64,000 bases of DNA from Zygnema circumcarinatum SAG 698-1b (lineage: Eukaryota > Plantae > Zygnematophyceae): NCBI GenBank assembly GCA_037447605.1, contig CM074807.1:124001-188000 (forward strand), in the 5' to 3' direction. Shown here piece after piece: positions 49,894 through 61,376 of this stretch. The notes below the pieces were generated by a model. The model saw only the letters and a list, made by a program, of their open reading frames with translations. It had not been told where the DNA came from and searched no databases. Position 1 is the stretch's first letter, and the number at the start of each line of letters is the position of its first letter. The translations under genes and the position numbers were made by a program.

Positions 49894-50257
49894 TTTTCCT
49901 ATTTCTGTCAAGAGCAGGAGCATGGAACGGCTGGTAACGGCGACATAGATTTGTCGTACAATGCACGGATACGTTCATGGACTTGACTAATTTTCCTACT
50001 TCAGGAGCATGGAACGACCTGTAACGACAACATTGATTCGCCGTACCATGTACGGACCCGTTCATGGACAACTACATTTTCCTATTTCAAGAGCATGGAA
50101 CGAACGGTAACGACGACATAAATCTGTCGTACCACGATAACGACACGTTCATGGACTTAACTAAAATTTCCTATTTCAGAAGCATGGATCGACCAGCTGT
50201 TGCTGGTCGATCCATGCGACATAGATCTGTCGTACTAATGTACGGACATGTACATGG
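49894..50257. repeat. Four-unit tandem repeat (~86-97 bp) of nested imperfect hairpins
   Basis: Units start at 49894, 49991, 50077 and 50166 with (T/A)TTTCCTA(T/C)TTC..GCATGGA(A/T)CG...CGACATA(G/A)AT(T/C)TGTCGTAC...CGTTCATGGAC; the central palindrome is degenerate in unit 2. Confidence 0.88.
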
Positions 50258-51151
50258 GTCGGTCAATTCCGCGAAACAGACCGCCCTACGCCGATGACGG
50301 CCCGTACCGGCCGCCACGCTCTGCTGACGTGGCGAGTAGGTAAGTTTTGTCTGCCCGCTCCGACAAATCCCGCCGCCGATCTACTACGCGCCGATGAAAC
50401 GAGCGGACAACCGTCCGATGGCGACAATGACCCTGCCCGAAATAAATTTCGGGGCAGAAAAATGGCCAGGGGGGCTGTCCCTGTCAAGGCCCGGTACTTT
50501 TTCCGCGAAAATGCGCCGTCCGTACGGTCACGTGGCCGCTGGCGGACCAATCGGAGGGTGCATTGGGAGATAAGGATGGGACGTGGCGCGAAGGGCACAA
50601 ACCGACATATTACTGTACGGTGACAGAATCTTTCACATTTGTTTTTTTTTCTCGAGTTTCGGTTTGTCCCTGCGCCGAGTCGCCGAGGCGTGGCGCCAGA
50701 AAAAATCACCGACAATATCGACGGCTAAAAGCGCGCGATGGGAGGGATCGGAAGTCCTGAAGAGCGCCACGTTGAGCTTCCAAAGTTTTGGCGCGGAAAT
50801 TTCGAGGGGCATTTTTTTCTTTTGTTGAAGCGCCAACCGCCACTTGGCGGACGGCCCGGTCGGTCCGTACGGCTGATAAAGGTGTCGTAGCTTTTGGCGT
50901 TTCCACGTGGCGTTTCTATGACTTAGAAAGCGTGTAAACGCAGTTCTGTCATGAAAACGCTGTTGTCAGTAACGGAACTCTCACATATAATATTGGTTGA
51001 GAGGGCCCTCGAGATTTTTGTACCCTGGAGATTTTTGTACTAAGGAGCAGCCGAGTCCTGCGGCATTGGTGTTGCAAGAGAAAGTAGACGGCGAGGGAGG
51101 GGGAGAGGGAGAGGGAGGGCCTTTCCTTTCCTTCCTGCACACGCGGCCGCC

Positions 51152-54046
51152 ATGGCGGTGAGGGCGGTCCTGCTGGTCGCGATCCTAGCTGCTGTTGTTC
51201 TCGGGGCTGCGGCTGAGGATTGGGGATACACCGTGCAAGACTTGGAGAACGAGTTGAGTTTGAGGGGGCTATTCGCCCAGTGGCTTGCCAAGCACGGCAA
51301 GTTCTTCGCCGGTGAGGAACTCGAGCAGCGGTTTGAAGTGTTCAAGGACAACGTGGCCTTCGTGCACGCGCACAACCTGCAGCAGAATAGCTACAAGCTC
51401 GCTGTCAACCACTTCGCGGATTTGACGCACGACGAGTTCAAGCGGCACTACCTCGGCCTGAAGCTGCCCACGGAGGCTCGCCCTCTGCGGAACAACGGCA
51501 ACTTTCTGCACGAGAACGTGTCTGCACCGGACGCTGTGGATTGGCGCACTGAGGGAGCCGTGACTGGCGTGAAGAACCAAGCGCAGTGCGGTGAGTAGAT
51601 GATTTGATGTGGCATCGCGAATATGGTGAATTATGGTTTGGTTTGGTTTGTGTTCTCTGTTTGCCAGTCATGTTGTGTTTTGGCAATCGTTTTTATTTGT
51701 TATCGCGCTTTTGCCTTCTTTACCGCACGTTTTTTGGACGTTGCATGCTTACTCTGGTGCTGATTATGATTTTTTTGCAGTCTAAAGACGACATGCGTTG
51801 ACCAGTGCTGTTTGTATTTGATTGGATCTCGCCGGTCAGGTTTTAATATTCCTGTTTGATTTCTTGTCTGATTTATCCATTTGACTGGATTGTTTTATTT
51901 CACTACCTTGCGTGCTGATAGCCGGTGTAGGTTCGCTAATATTTCTTGTAGGCTTATTCTAATATTTTGAATTGATTGCAGCTTGTATGAATTCCTTTAT
52001 GATCTTTCCCTTCTCGATCTGTCTGCTTGGCGTGTGTCTCATCCCGCAGGGTATGGATTGTTTTTGCCATTAGTGGTGATGTTTTTCCATCTCGTGTTTC
52101 AGGTAGTTGCTGGGCGTTCTCCGCCACTGGAGCAGTTGAAGGCATCAACAAGATCGTGAGTGGAGAATTGATCTCGCTTTCAGAGCAAGAGCTTGTTGAT
52201 TGCGACAAAGCGAAGGATATGGGCTGCAGTGGCGGTCTCATGGATTACGCGTTTGAATTCATAATTAACAACGGAGGCATCGACACCGAAGAAGATTATC
52301 CCTATCGCGCAAACAATGGCCAATGTGACGTTGAGCGGGTAAGTGCGACTTTTTGTCACAGTGATTTGCAGCATTTGTTCAGACATGTAGCGGTTGGAGC
52401 TGATGTGTATGGTACAGAGCATCGGTAGTATCCCTACGACGTATTAGTGGTATGTGTTTCAGAATTTTCATGAACTGAACTGAACTAGTTGGTTGGCGTC
52501 GTTGCAGGAAAACTCCCACGTTGTTACAATTGATGATTATGAGGATGTGCCTTATAACAATGAGGACCAGCTGGCGAAGGCTGTAGCTGCTCAGCCTGTC
52601 TCTGTGGCCATTGAGGCTGATGAAAGGCCCTTCCAGTTCTACAGCTCTGTAAGTGCATCAAAGCCTGCTACTCCTAGTTGCGGGATTTTTGCTACTTGGT
52701 TGTGCACGTCGTTTTGTGTTTCGAATTAATTGAACGTCTAGATTTGTTTATTTTTTAACTCGATCTGAGATTTCTTCTTTCTCTATGCTTAAGATTATTG
52801 CTCCATACATTCCTTCTACGGCTACTGCTTTGCCGAAAGGATGCTCTGGTGTACGTTAAATTGGTGGTGGCTCCCTTCCGATTTTTTCCATTTCTATATT
52901 TTTCATTGGTGGTTGACAAAAGTTCGATCATTATTTTCTGGTCAATTTTTTTTTTTCAACCGATTGTGTGTAGAGAAATTCATGTTGTTCAGACAACATT
53001 TTTTGGGTGATGATAGCAACTGCTTGTCTGTGCTTTAATAATGTAATTCTCCAGTATGGAGTGCTCAGTTCTGCATGTTGTGTTGCCTGCTTACGGCCTA
53101 AACAGATCGAGGCATGGATTGACTCGAAGATGTAGTTGTCGCTTTTGGTCAAAAAAGGTTGCAGTTAACCTGGATTTATAGTAGGCTGCTAACCATTTTT
53201 CTGTGTTCACTTTCAACAGGGAATTCTCGATGACCAATGTGGCACTGACCTTGACCATGGAGTGCTTGCTGTCGGATACGGCACCGAAGGAGGAGTTCCT
53301 TTCTGGATCGTGAAAAACTCCTGGGGAGCAGCTTGGGGAGAAGCAGGCTATATCCGTTTAAGGCGTAATGTTGCTGCCAAGACTGGACTGTGCGGGATTG
53401 CTATGCGTCCCTCTTATCCCATTAAAAGTGGTCCAAACCCTCCTCCTGGGCCTCCACGCCCCCCGACCCCTCCTCCTACTCCTGAAGTCTGTGATAGCAC
53501 CCACCAGTGCCAACATGGAACTACCTGCTGCTGCGCAAGGCCCCTTGGCAGGTTCTGTCTTGCGTGGGGATGCTGCCCCATGGAGAGCGCTACTTGCTGC
53601 GACGACCATCGCCATTGCTGCCCCCAGGACTACCCGATCTGTCGCCTTGACATAGGGCTGTGCATGCGAGTAAGTCATTTGCTCTGTGTTCTTGGTCTGA
53701 AATTAGTTGGTAGTAAGTCTTTCTGAAATATCTCTTCAAAGGATCATGAGGTCTTTGGAGTGCTCAGTGAATGACCGTCTCTTGTTGTAGGTATGCGGAC
53801 CCAAGTTTAGTTTATGCTTTCAACTATAGCTTCTTTGCTTCGTGTTAGACTTGGATGGAACCTCATTGAAGTTGCCTCTGTAATGCGGTGTCGGATCAGG
53901 GAGCATCTCTTGATGAGGGTGTGGAGATGCTGGAGCGCACCCCGGCGGAATTCAACTGGCCGTTCTTCCACAAGAGCTTTGGCCGCAAGTCAGGCGCTGC
54001 GGAGGAAGTGGAGGAGGAGACGGTGGAGGGTGTCGCCATCCAGTAA
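51152..54046 (+). CDS. RD21: RD21-like papain family (C1A) cysteine protease with I29 prodomain, Pro-rich linker and granulin domain, 470 aa
   Basis: 5 phase-consistent exons: 51152-51590, 52103-52338, 52508-52648, 53220-53669, 53900-54046. Signal peptide; ERFNIN-type [16 protein letters not shown]; AVNHFADLT; catalytic QCGSCWAF, LDHGV and VKNSWG; granulin [39 protein letters not shown]. Confidence 0.97.
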
Positions 54047-55911
54047 ATGTGGTCCTGCCACCTCTGCCCCCCTGCTCAGCTAGGTCGAACTCACATGGAT
54101 TATGTAGTTGGCAGTTTCAGGAGAAAGGTTCAGATTTGATTAGACAGAAGACTTTGGGATGTGAAGGTTTCATTAAGGGTGGGATTCCAAATAGCTCATT
54201 GCCATTTGATTTTTCTCCATTGTTACATACTGTTCAGTTGATTTTAGAAGTGTTCGTGCTGTGAGGTAGGGCTGAACTGGGGATGCCTTTTTCTCGTCTG
54301 TACATAATGGCGCTTAGCAGATGTCCTATGTGCTGCTGCCAGACTTGGAATTCTCCCCCCTTGGGTTTCAAACATGAAGACATTACATTTGGACCTCTCA
54401 TGATCATGTTGTTCTGTTGTGGGGGCGAGAGTCGGAGGGAGGAAAAATAACGGGTTTGGTCTGGAATTGTTTTCAGGAGCCAGAATGGTTGTTTTGTATC
54501 TTGGCTGAATTGCAGACTTAATGCTGATGTGAGATGCTGGCTTTCTGTCCGTCTGCTTCACAGTTCCATGCTGTCATGCTGAGTGTCAGTGTTGCCATCA
54601 TGTGCGAGTAAATGCAGTGTGTTGTCATTCGCTAAATCTGAGCGCTTTTGTCTCAATCAGATAAAAGAGCAATATGCACTATGTTAACTTTCACAAGATA
54701 TACCTTTGTTTTACTGCTCATGGTGCTTTTGATCCCTTCGAGGCTCTAGTAAGGCTGTAGTTCAAGAGCCTGCATTTTTTTTTCCTTTTCTTAGAGCAGA
54801 TGTCGTACGACTGCGCCCATAAAACTGTTAAGTTACCAACAATGTAAATGGGCCGAAACTGTCAAATGGTACCAAACAAAGCCAAGGCAAAGTCAAGCCT
54901 ACTCATGCGGCTCTAAGACTGTAATCAACCGTCTTATACTTAGGTATACTCCTGTCAGCGGTATAATTACTGGAATGACCACGACTACATTTTGTTTAAT
55001 TGCCACTGTAAGTTAACGACACGTGAACACATGTCCAGGCTGTTGAACTATGTTTTCCAACGCGTCAATTATAAACTCCATGGTGTTTATCATTGGGCGT
55101 CAGACCCTAGACAACACACTGTCGAACACTAAGATTTCACAGAGAGCAGCACCAGCGCCTCCGTGAGTTCAATGCCATTTTCCTTTTCTTCTCCATCCCT
55201 TAAAGTTACAAAAGATTTACGGCCCAATTCACTCACTTTCCTGACCATGCTATCCTCGTGACTGCTAAGAAATCAGCCGTCAAGCCGTCGCTTTCTATTA
55301 TCTCCTTCCAAAATCTCCTCACAAAAGCTTATACCCTTCTCAAGAGAAACAATTATTTTAAGCGTCCCTCTCCTATGCAGTAAAATCTATGTATTCTTGA
55401 GAATTCCTCGATCACCATACTCCTTTCAGCCATCCGGCAGCAATAATGCAACTCAAGAGTTTCAAGGACAAATTAGGACATAAAAGAAACGTACCAAAAA
55501 GCGGTTCGTCTATGACTTTAGGGCGTGCCGGCTCCTTCATAATCTATGTTAGGGATGGGGCGAGAGAGCCGTGAAAAGTTAGAAATCGGCCCATAATGTC
55601 AATTTAGGAAGCATTCGCTTGATAAAGCTGTGCATTGCTGCACAGCACTGGCTGAACTGAAAATGGGTCCGGTCAGGCCATCGCAGAGTCTTCTTGCAGT
55701 TTCAGCTTCTGCAATACAACAAAAGGGGCCCAAGGGCATTCTTAGATCAGAGCTTCTTCAAATACACTTTTTTCGGTTACACTTTCCACTATGTGAACGA
55801 ATCAAGTCGCCAACCTTTAGGAGGAACAGAGTGGGTAGACCTATCCAAAAAAAAAATATATATGTATATATATATATATATATATTTTTAAAAGTGGAGA
55901 AGGGAAGGGGG

Positions 55912-56157
55912 CTAAGAGGGGAGAGAGGCTGCCTGAGAGAGGGCCGCCCAGTCGTCCAAAACCTTTAGAGCTCGTCCCGACCGCTGCACCTCCTGAGCAA
56001 TGGCTACTCCCTCCTTCACATCAGCTGCTACACCGCACGCTACAAGGCCCACTCCTGCATTCAGCACCTGAAGGAGGAGGAGAGACCCATCCTTGGGAGT
56101 TAGACTCTAAAGGAGGACGGAGAAAGAGAGAGTGAGAGAGGGAGAGAGAGAGAGAGA

Positions 56158-56188
<31 letters not shown>

Positions 56189-57827
56189 GAAAACGTTCTT
56201 TAATTGAAAAATCTATGCTTTGCAATCGCAGTTTTATTCCCTTTGGGACTGTGCCCGTGTTACATGGAAAGCTGTTGAGGGGCATACAGTCGTACCAGTG
56301 CATCTGCTACTGCTCCCCTTTCACCAGCGAATACTCTCCTCAGTATCGCTGCGTTCACTTCCTTATCTCCTCCCCTTAGATCCTCCACTGTACACCGGGC
56401 AATGCCCAAATCCACTGTGCCAAACCCCGAGGAGAACCACCTGCCGCATGTCAGAGGATGAGAATGCCTGCATTAACAAGCTATTCTGTCGAAAATGCTG
56501 GAAGATTGTGAACTACGGGAGAGGAACAGCAAAACAAATGAAAATGTGAGGAAGCTGAGATGAGAGAGAGATGAGAGAGAGATGAGAGATGAGGTGAAAG
56601 CTGAGAGCTCCTGTTTCTGCCCTTACAGGGATCCACATAGAACCGTTTGATGCTGTCAGGCGTCACCTCCAGCATGTCCGCAGGCCCTGAACTTCATCCC
56701 ACACATAGAAACCCAAAAGTCCGAACTTTTACCACTCAGTCATATGCAAGCAACAGGAAGCACTCTGAAAGAAATGGTCTGGCAGTTCAAAAATAGAAAA
56801 CAACAAAGTTAGAAGGGCAGAGCTATGTTGAACATTGCAATTATTGAGCCCAGTCGTCTAATGCATGGATTGGGATCCTTAAATGCAAGAATTGGTGTTC
56901 CACAGTACGCTACAGGATTGCATGAAAGAATATTCAGTCGACGATTTCAAAGTATCTCACAGGCATACAGGATAACACAATAGATACTGCAAGTTACAAA
57001 GAAAGGAAACGGAGATAGTGTGGCTTCTTACCCATTGGTGAAATTTCATCGAGCCCTTTTGAGTGGACCACTAGTGCCCTCTGCATGCCGAGCCGTTGCA
57101 GCGATTTTGCCATCAGCTCAATCTGAATCCCTCGCGAGAAACACCCTCCCGTGAGGAAAAGAACAGCCTATGCCCTTAAAAAGATTCCAACTATGCCCTC
57201 TCCAACAATCCTTAGAACAACTCCTTTTTATCCAATTCTACCTACAGCTCTGCTTTGCTTAACTTTGCTTGAACTCTGCTTCACGGATATGAGTCTTACC
57301 AGTGACTCATTGTAGACTCCAACGAGGCCATAGGGAGCCAAGGAGGGGTTCAGCATGGGACCTAAAATATTGAACGCCGTTCTCACTTTCAGAGCCTTTC
57401 GGACAGGGCTCACAATCTTCATAGCTGGATGGAATCTTGGGGCAAACATGAAGCCCACTCCCACATCTCTCACACATTGAGACACTCCCTGAGAGCAGGT
57501 GGAGGGAGGAGGGAGGACGAGCAACAATCAGTCTGCTGAAGTGACAAAAGGAACACCAGAAGTAGACCCTGAACCTTCATTCTTGAACCTATTGCAATCT
57601 CATAATCTTATCTCATTGTTAAATCTTCTCAAGCCTATCCCTTCGTCTGAAGGTGCACGCATGCCTATCCGAACTAAGTTTGCCAGATATTCCTAAGTGT
57701 CTTTAGGAAAGTCCGAGCAATTAATTAATTAATTATTTAAGTGTGCACTTGTCCTGTCCCTCAAAATAATTAATCACCTGAAAATGTGAGCACTTGATAA
57801 AAGGGAAAGAGAGAGGAGAGAGAGAGA

Positions 57828-57895
<68 letters not shown>

Positions 57896-59490
57896 GAGAA
57901 GAGAGAGAGAAAGAGAGAGAGAGGAGGGTCGACTAGATTACCTCCGGCCCGAGGTCAACTACAACTCCTAGGGCCTCCAACACATCTGCACTTCCACAGG
58001 CGCTGGAAACTGACCGATTTCCGTGCTGCAATACCACAGCAAAAAACAATCGTGACGATCCAATAGTAAACTAGACACCTTCCTTTCACATCTCTATCCA
58101 CAGTGGAAGATTTCTAGGGGTTCATCCTCACTAGCCAACGAAGGTATTACGTTCATGCTCGCAATAGAAAATCATGAAAGTAATGCAGTCAGCGAATTCC
58201 CAAAGACAGCACCTTCGCCACTTTAGCTCCACAAGCTGCAGCGAGAACACATGCTCCCGTGGAGATATTGACGGTGTTCGCACCATCTCCTCCTGTTCCC
58301 ACTATGTCAAGAGTACCTTCCCCAGTCTTTACCGGCACACAATTGTTGCGCATGGCTCTGGCAAGGCCTGCCACCTGCAAAATTCCACACCGGCAGTAGT
58401 TAATCAGTCATCTGCTTTAGAAGCTAAAAGGAAGTAGAGGTGTTGAAGGTGTTGATTGGATAGGACGGTTTTCGAATACCATCATGATAAGGTCTAAGTG
58501 AAAACCTTGCGGCAACAAGAGGTGAGGTGCAAACGACTCAAAACATGGCTAGAAGCTTCTGTCTGAGAAATCATTGGTATGGTCTGAAAGCGGAAAGCTG
58601 ATCTTGAATCTGTTGGTGAAAGGCGTATGAGTCTAAAGCTTGATCAGATCATGATATATTACCTCTTCAGGAGTCTCCCCCTTCGCGCGGAGAAGCACAA
58701 GAAAAGCGCTAATTTGAGCAACCTCCGCTCCTTGCAAAAGGGCTTCCATGGCAGCTTCTGTCTGCTCTTCGGACAAATTTGTACGAGACATAAGGAGCTC
58801 AATAACCTGCAATGAAGAATCAGGCAATTAGCTCTCGCTCCATAATTCATTAAATTCCATGTTACTTGTCAAGTTCCTTTAACAATGTTGGCTGCAAGGA
58901 ACCCATGAGCGAGAAAAAGAACGCATTCCTGGTTTTTAGGCAAGTTTGAGAAAAACCAGATGAATGCAATTAAATCTGCTGGAACGTGTATGTCTGCTGA
59001 CAATTTCGAACCCAAAAACTGCATTCCAACTGGCAGAGAAAACTCTTTCTCCAGACTCTCCTGAACCATTTCAATATACCTAGTCGCAGTTTCGAGGTTT
59101 TGAATAACCAAATAACCATTTCAAGGTTTCCCCACCTTATATTTTGAAGCAGGAGAGGTAAAAGGTTTCCGCTTTTGCCACATAAGTTAAATCACAAACC
59201 TCGCGCAAGTCGGTAGCTTTTGCTGACACAGTCGCTGCTGCTGCCGCCGGTGCAGCGACAGAAGCTGCAACCCTCGTCCGTCCTGAACTACTCTTGCTCA
59301 CTCTTGTATGCAGCATATGCTGACAGCTGACACCGGGCAGCGCTCCCCTGCCAACACATTCTCTGCGAGCACCGAATGCGAGATATTCCACCCACGAATG
59401 CTTCTCCCGCAACGAAGGGGAGGAGAAGGCATGGCGGAGGGTCCCCCTTGCGGATATGGTCGAGCCGCAAGCGTGAGGAAGAGCAGCCAT
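55912..59490 (-). CDS. trpD: Anthranilate phosphoribosyltransferase, plastid-targeted (TrpD/PAT1), 431 aa
   Basis: 9 phase-consistent exons: 59490-59200, 58806-58663, 58374-58213, 58025-57942, 57488-57300, 57122-57032, 56686-56627, 56414-56296, 56067-55912. Motifs [71 protein letters not shown] and GLDEIS; Ser/Arg/Ala-rich transit peptide. Confidence 0.97.
57808..57922. repeat. (GA)n microsatellite in a trpD intron
   Basis: Visible; a similar tract lies at about 56125-56190. Confidence 0.9.
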
Positions 59491-59857
59491 TGTGGAAGAG
59501 CTGAAGGTGAACGCGGAGCTGCGAGGAAGGAGAAAGAATGCAGGAGAGTCAGAGCGCGCTTTGAGAATCGTGGAAGCTCTGCTTGATGGTGGAAATGGCG
59601 ACCCTGAGAGGGAGAGGGCCAGCACTCAGCAGGCTGCCCAGTGCTCAATGGCTCGCGTGACTGACAATTCACGGAGTGAGTAGTTGCCATTTCATTACTA
59701 CCTAAATGATCACAGCCAAGATCTACCATAAAAAAAAAAAAAAACTATCAAAAGACAACAGAAATATGACTGCGATGTGGCTAACACATGCAAAGCGAAC
59801 AGACACGTGTGATGGAAAGTCACATACAAAACTTGACAAACTTTACTCAAGTTCAAA

Positions 59858-59979
59858 CGAGAAAATGGCATCGATCTCACGATGGCGAGGCCATCAAATG
59901 TACATGGACAAAAGCAGCATCATGGAAAACCACGAGGGACTGGTCGCGAAGGAACCTAAGCACAAAAGGAAGAAGCTAA
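59858..59979 (-). repeat. Second copy of the dispersed ~120-bp repeat, upstream of trpD
   Basis: The reverse complement reads ttagcttcttccttttgtgcttagg...gtccctcgtggttttccatgatgctgcttttgtccatgtacatttgatggcctcgccatcgtgagatcgatgccattttc and matches 38898-39140. Confidence 0.88.
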
Positions 59980-61376
59980 GAACGAAAACGGTTTGATTTG
60001 AATGGTTTGATCGTTTTTTCTTGTGGTTTAAGACATAGTCCATGCTGTTTCTGGTCGCTCAGCCATTGGCCCGTAGGTAGTCCTCCCATTCAGCCATTAC
60101 TCCATGTGTAGATATGTCCTTTATTCTTTGGTGCTTGGCTCCGCTTTGTCATTCAGTCAATACTCATTTGGTCATTAGTAGTTGCCATGTCAACAACTTG
60201 CTACCACCGCACCGTCCTCTCCATATATTTTGGTTAGACCTTGAATATTTATAGGTCATGCAGGCGCATTACATTGCACGGCACAATACAACATGTAGAA
60301 TTTTGCACCCCTGTTCGAAATGTGAAGAGTGATCGGTGCCTATGACAAGAGCCTTACCAGTCCATCTCGTGACAATGGGAGGGTCGACCTGTCGCTGTTT
60401 CTACACGTCCTAACCAAAGCAACGACGGCATTATTTTTAGGTTGATGCCAATGTGCCCATTGTTCGGTGACCTAATCTGAGGCCGCCCTAGTACTGCCAG
60501 TCTCTCTATGGGCATCCTTTCAAGAACGCCATTGCTGTGTACGCATGGATCTGACCTGCGCGACTCTCTCTTATATTAAAAATGCATCCACATTCGACAA
60601 GGAACAAGGGAACTCCTACTCCTGCTCCTACTGCTACTCTCCCTCAAGCAGCTTCGCAATGGGCCTGGCACACCTGCTCTACAGGGCCTCTGATATAACT
60701 CCAGTTTGCTGGATTCTGGGCGCACTTTGATCGGTCCGAAAATATCTCCCATCGGCTGTGAGACGGCCCTTCAGAAGCTTCACCTGCCACACGATAACAG
60801 AATGAGAAATAGCGATACACTGCAGTGATATGTAAAACATTCAGTGGTTGACCTTACTGAAGATTTTGTGATCAGGCCTCTCTCACCCCCCTCCCCCACT
60901 CTCTCTCTCTCCCTCTGAGGTTGTGGTTGGCTGCGGAGAGCGCTCTGTCTGCTCGCATAGGCACTTACGAAGAATGAATGTTTCTAAGTTGGGCGCCGCC
61001 TCATGCTGCAAATTCATTCACACGTCAATGAATGGGTCGTTCCTCCAAGGACATCCTTCTGAACTAGTGCTTCTGCTCTTCCGTCATGGAAATCTTAGTC
61101 TGCATGAAGCCAGTCAACGCTTATAATGTCAGTTTTGGGCAGCGTGATCAGTCAAGTAGAAGTACAAAAGACTCTGAAACCACCTCCTTGTTGGAATTGG
61201 CTGACTTACAAATGCATCCCAAAGGTAGACAGGTTTCCTGCTCGCATCTACAAAGCCCAACGATCCATAGAAGCCGCATGTGAAGTAATGCCAAGGTGAG
61301 ACCTTCATTACTCTAAACGGCAGTCGGAAGGTTAAAACGATTGCCCCACCTTTGACTAGAACATAACAGCCCCAAA

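Noticed and set aside
48553-49923. Pro-rich, Gly/Arg-rich and Leu/Ser-rich ORFs, including mirrored GELYTAPLF peptides
   Set aside because: They are readings of the MULE TIRs and internal minisatellites; there is no transposase motif.
49894-50257. CRISPR-like interpretation of the hairpin array
   Set aside because: Eukaryotic nuclear context, no cas genes, and the variable parts are homologous between units rather than unique spacers.
55190-55440. Minus-strand SRIHRFY peptide resembling the LINE endonuclease SRIDRF motif
   Set aside because: An isolated 7-aa resemblance followed by a stop; insufficient evidence.
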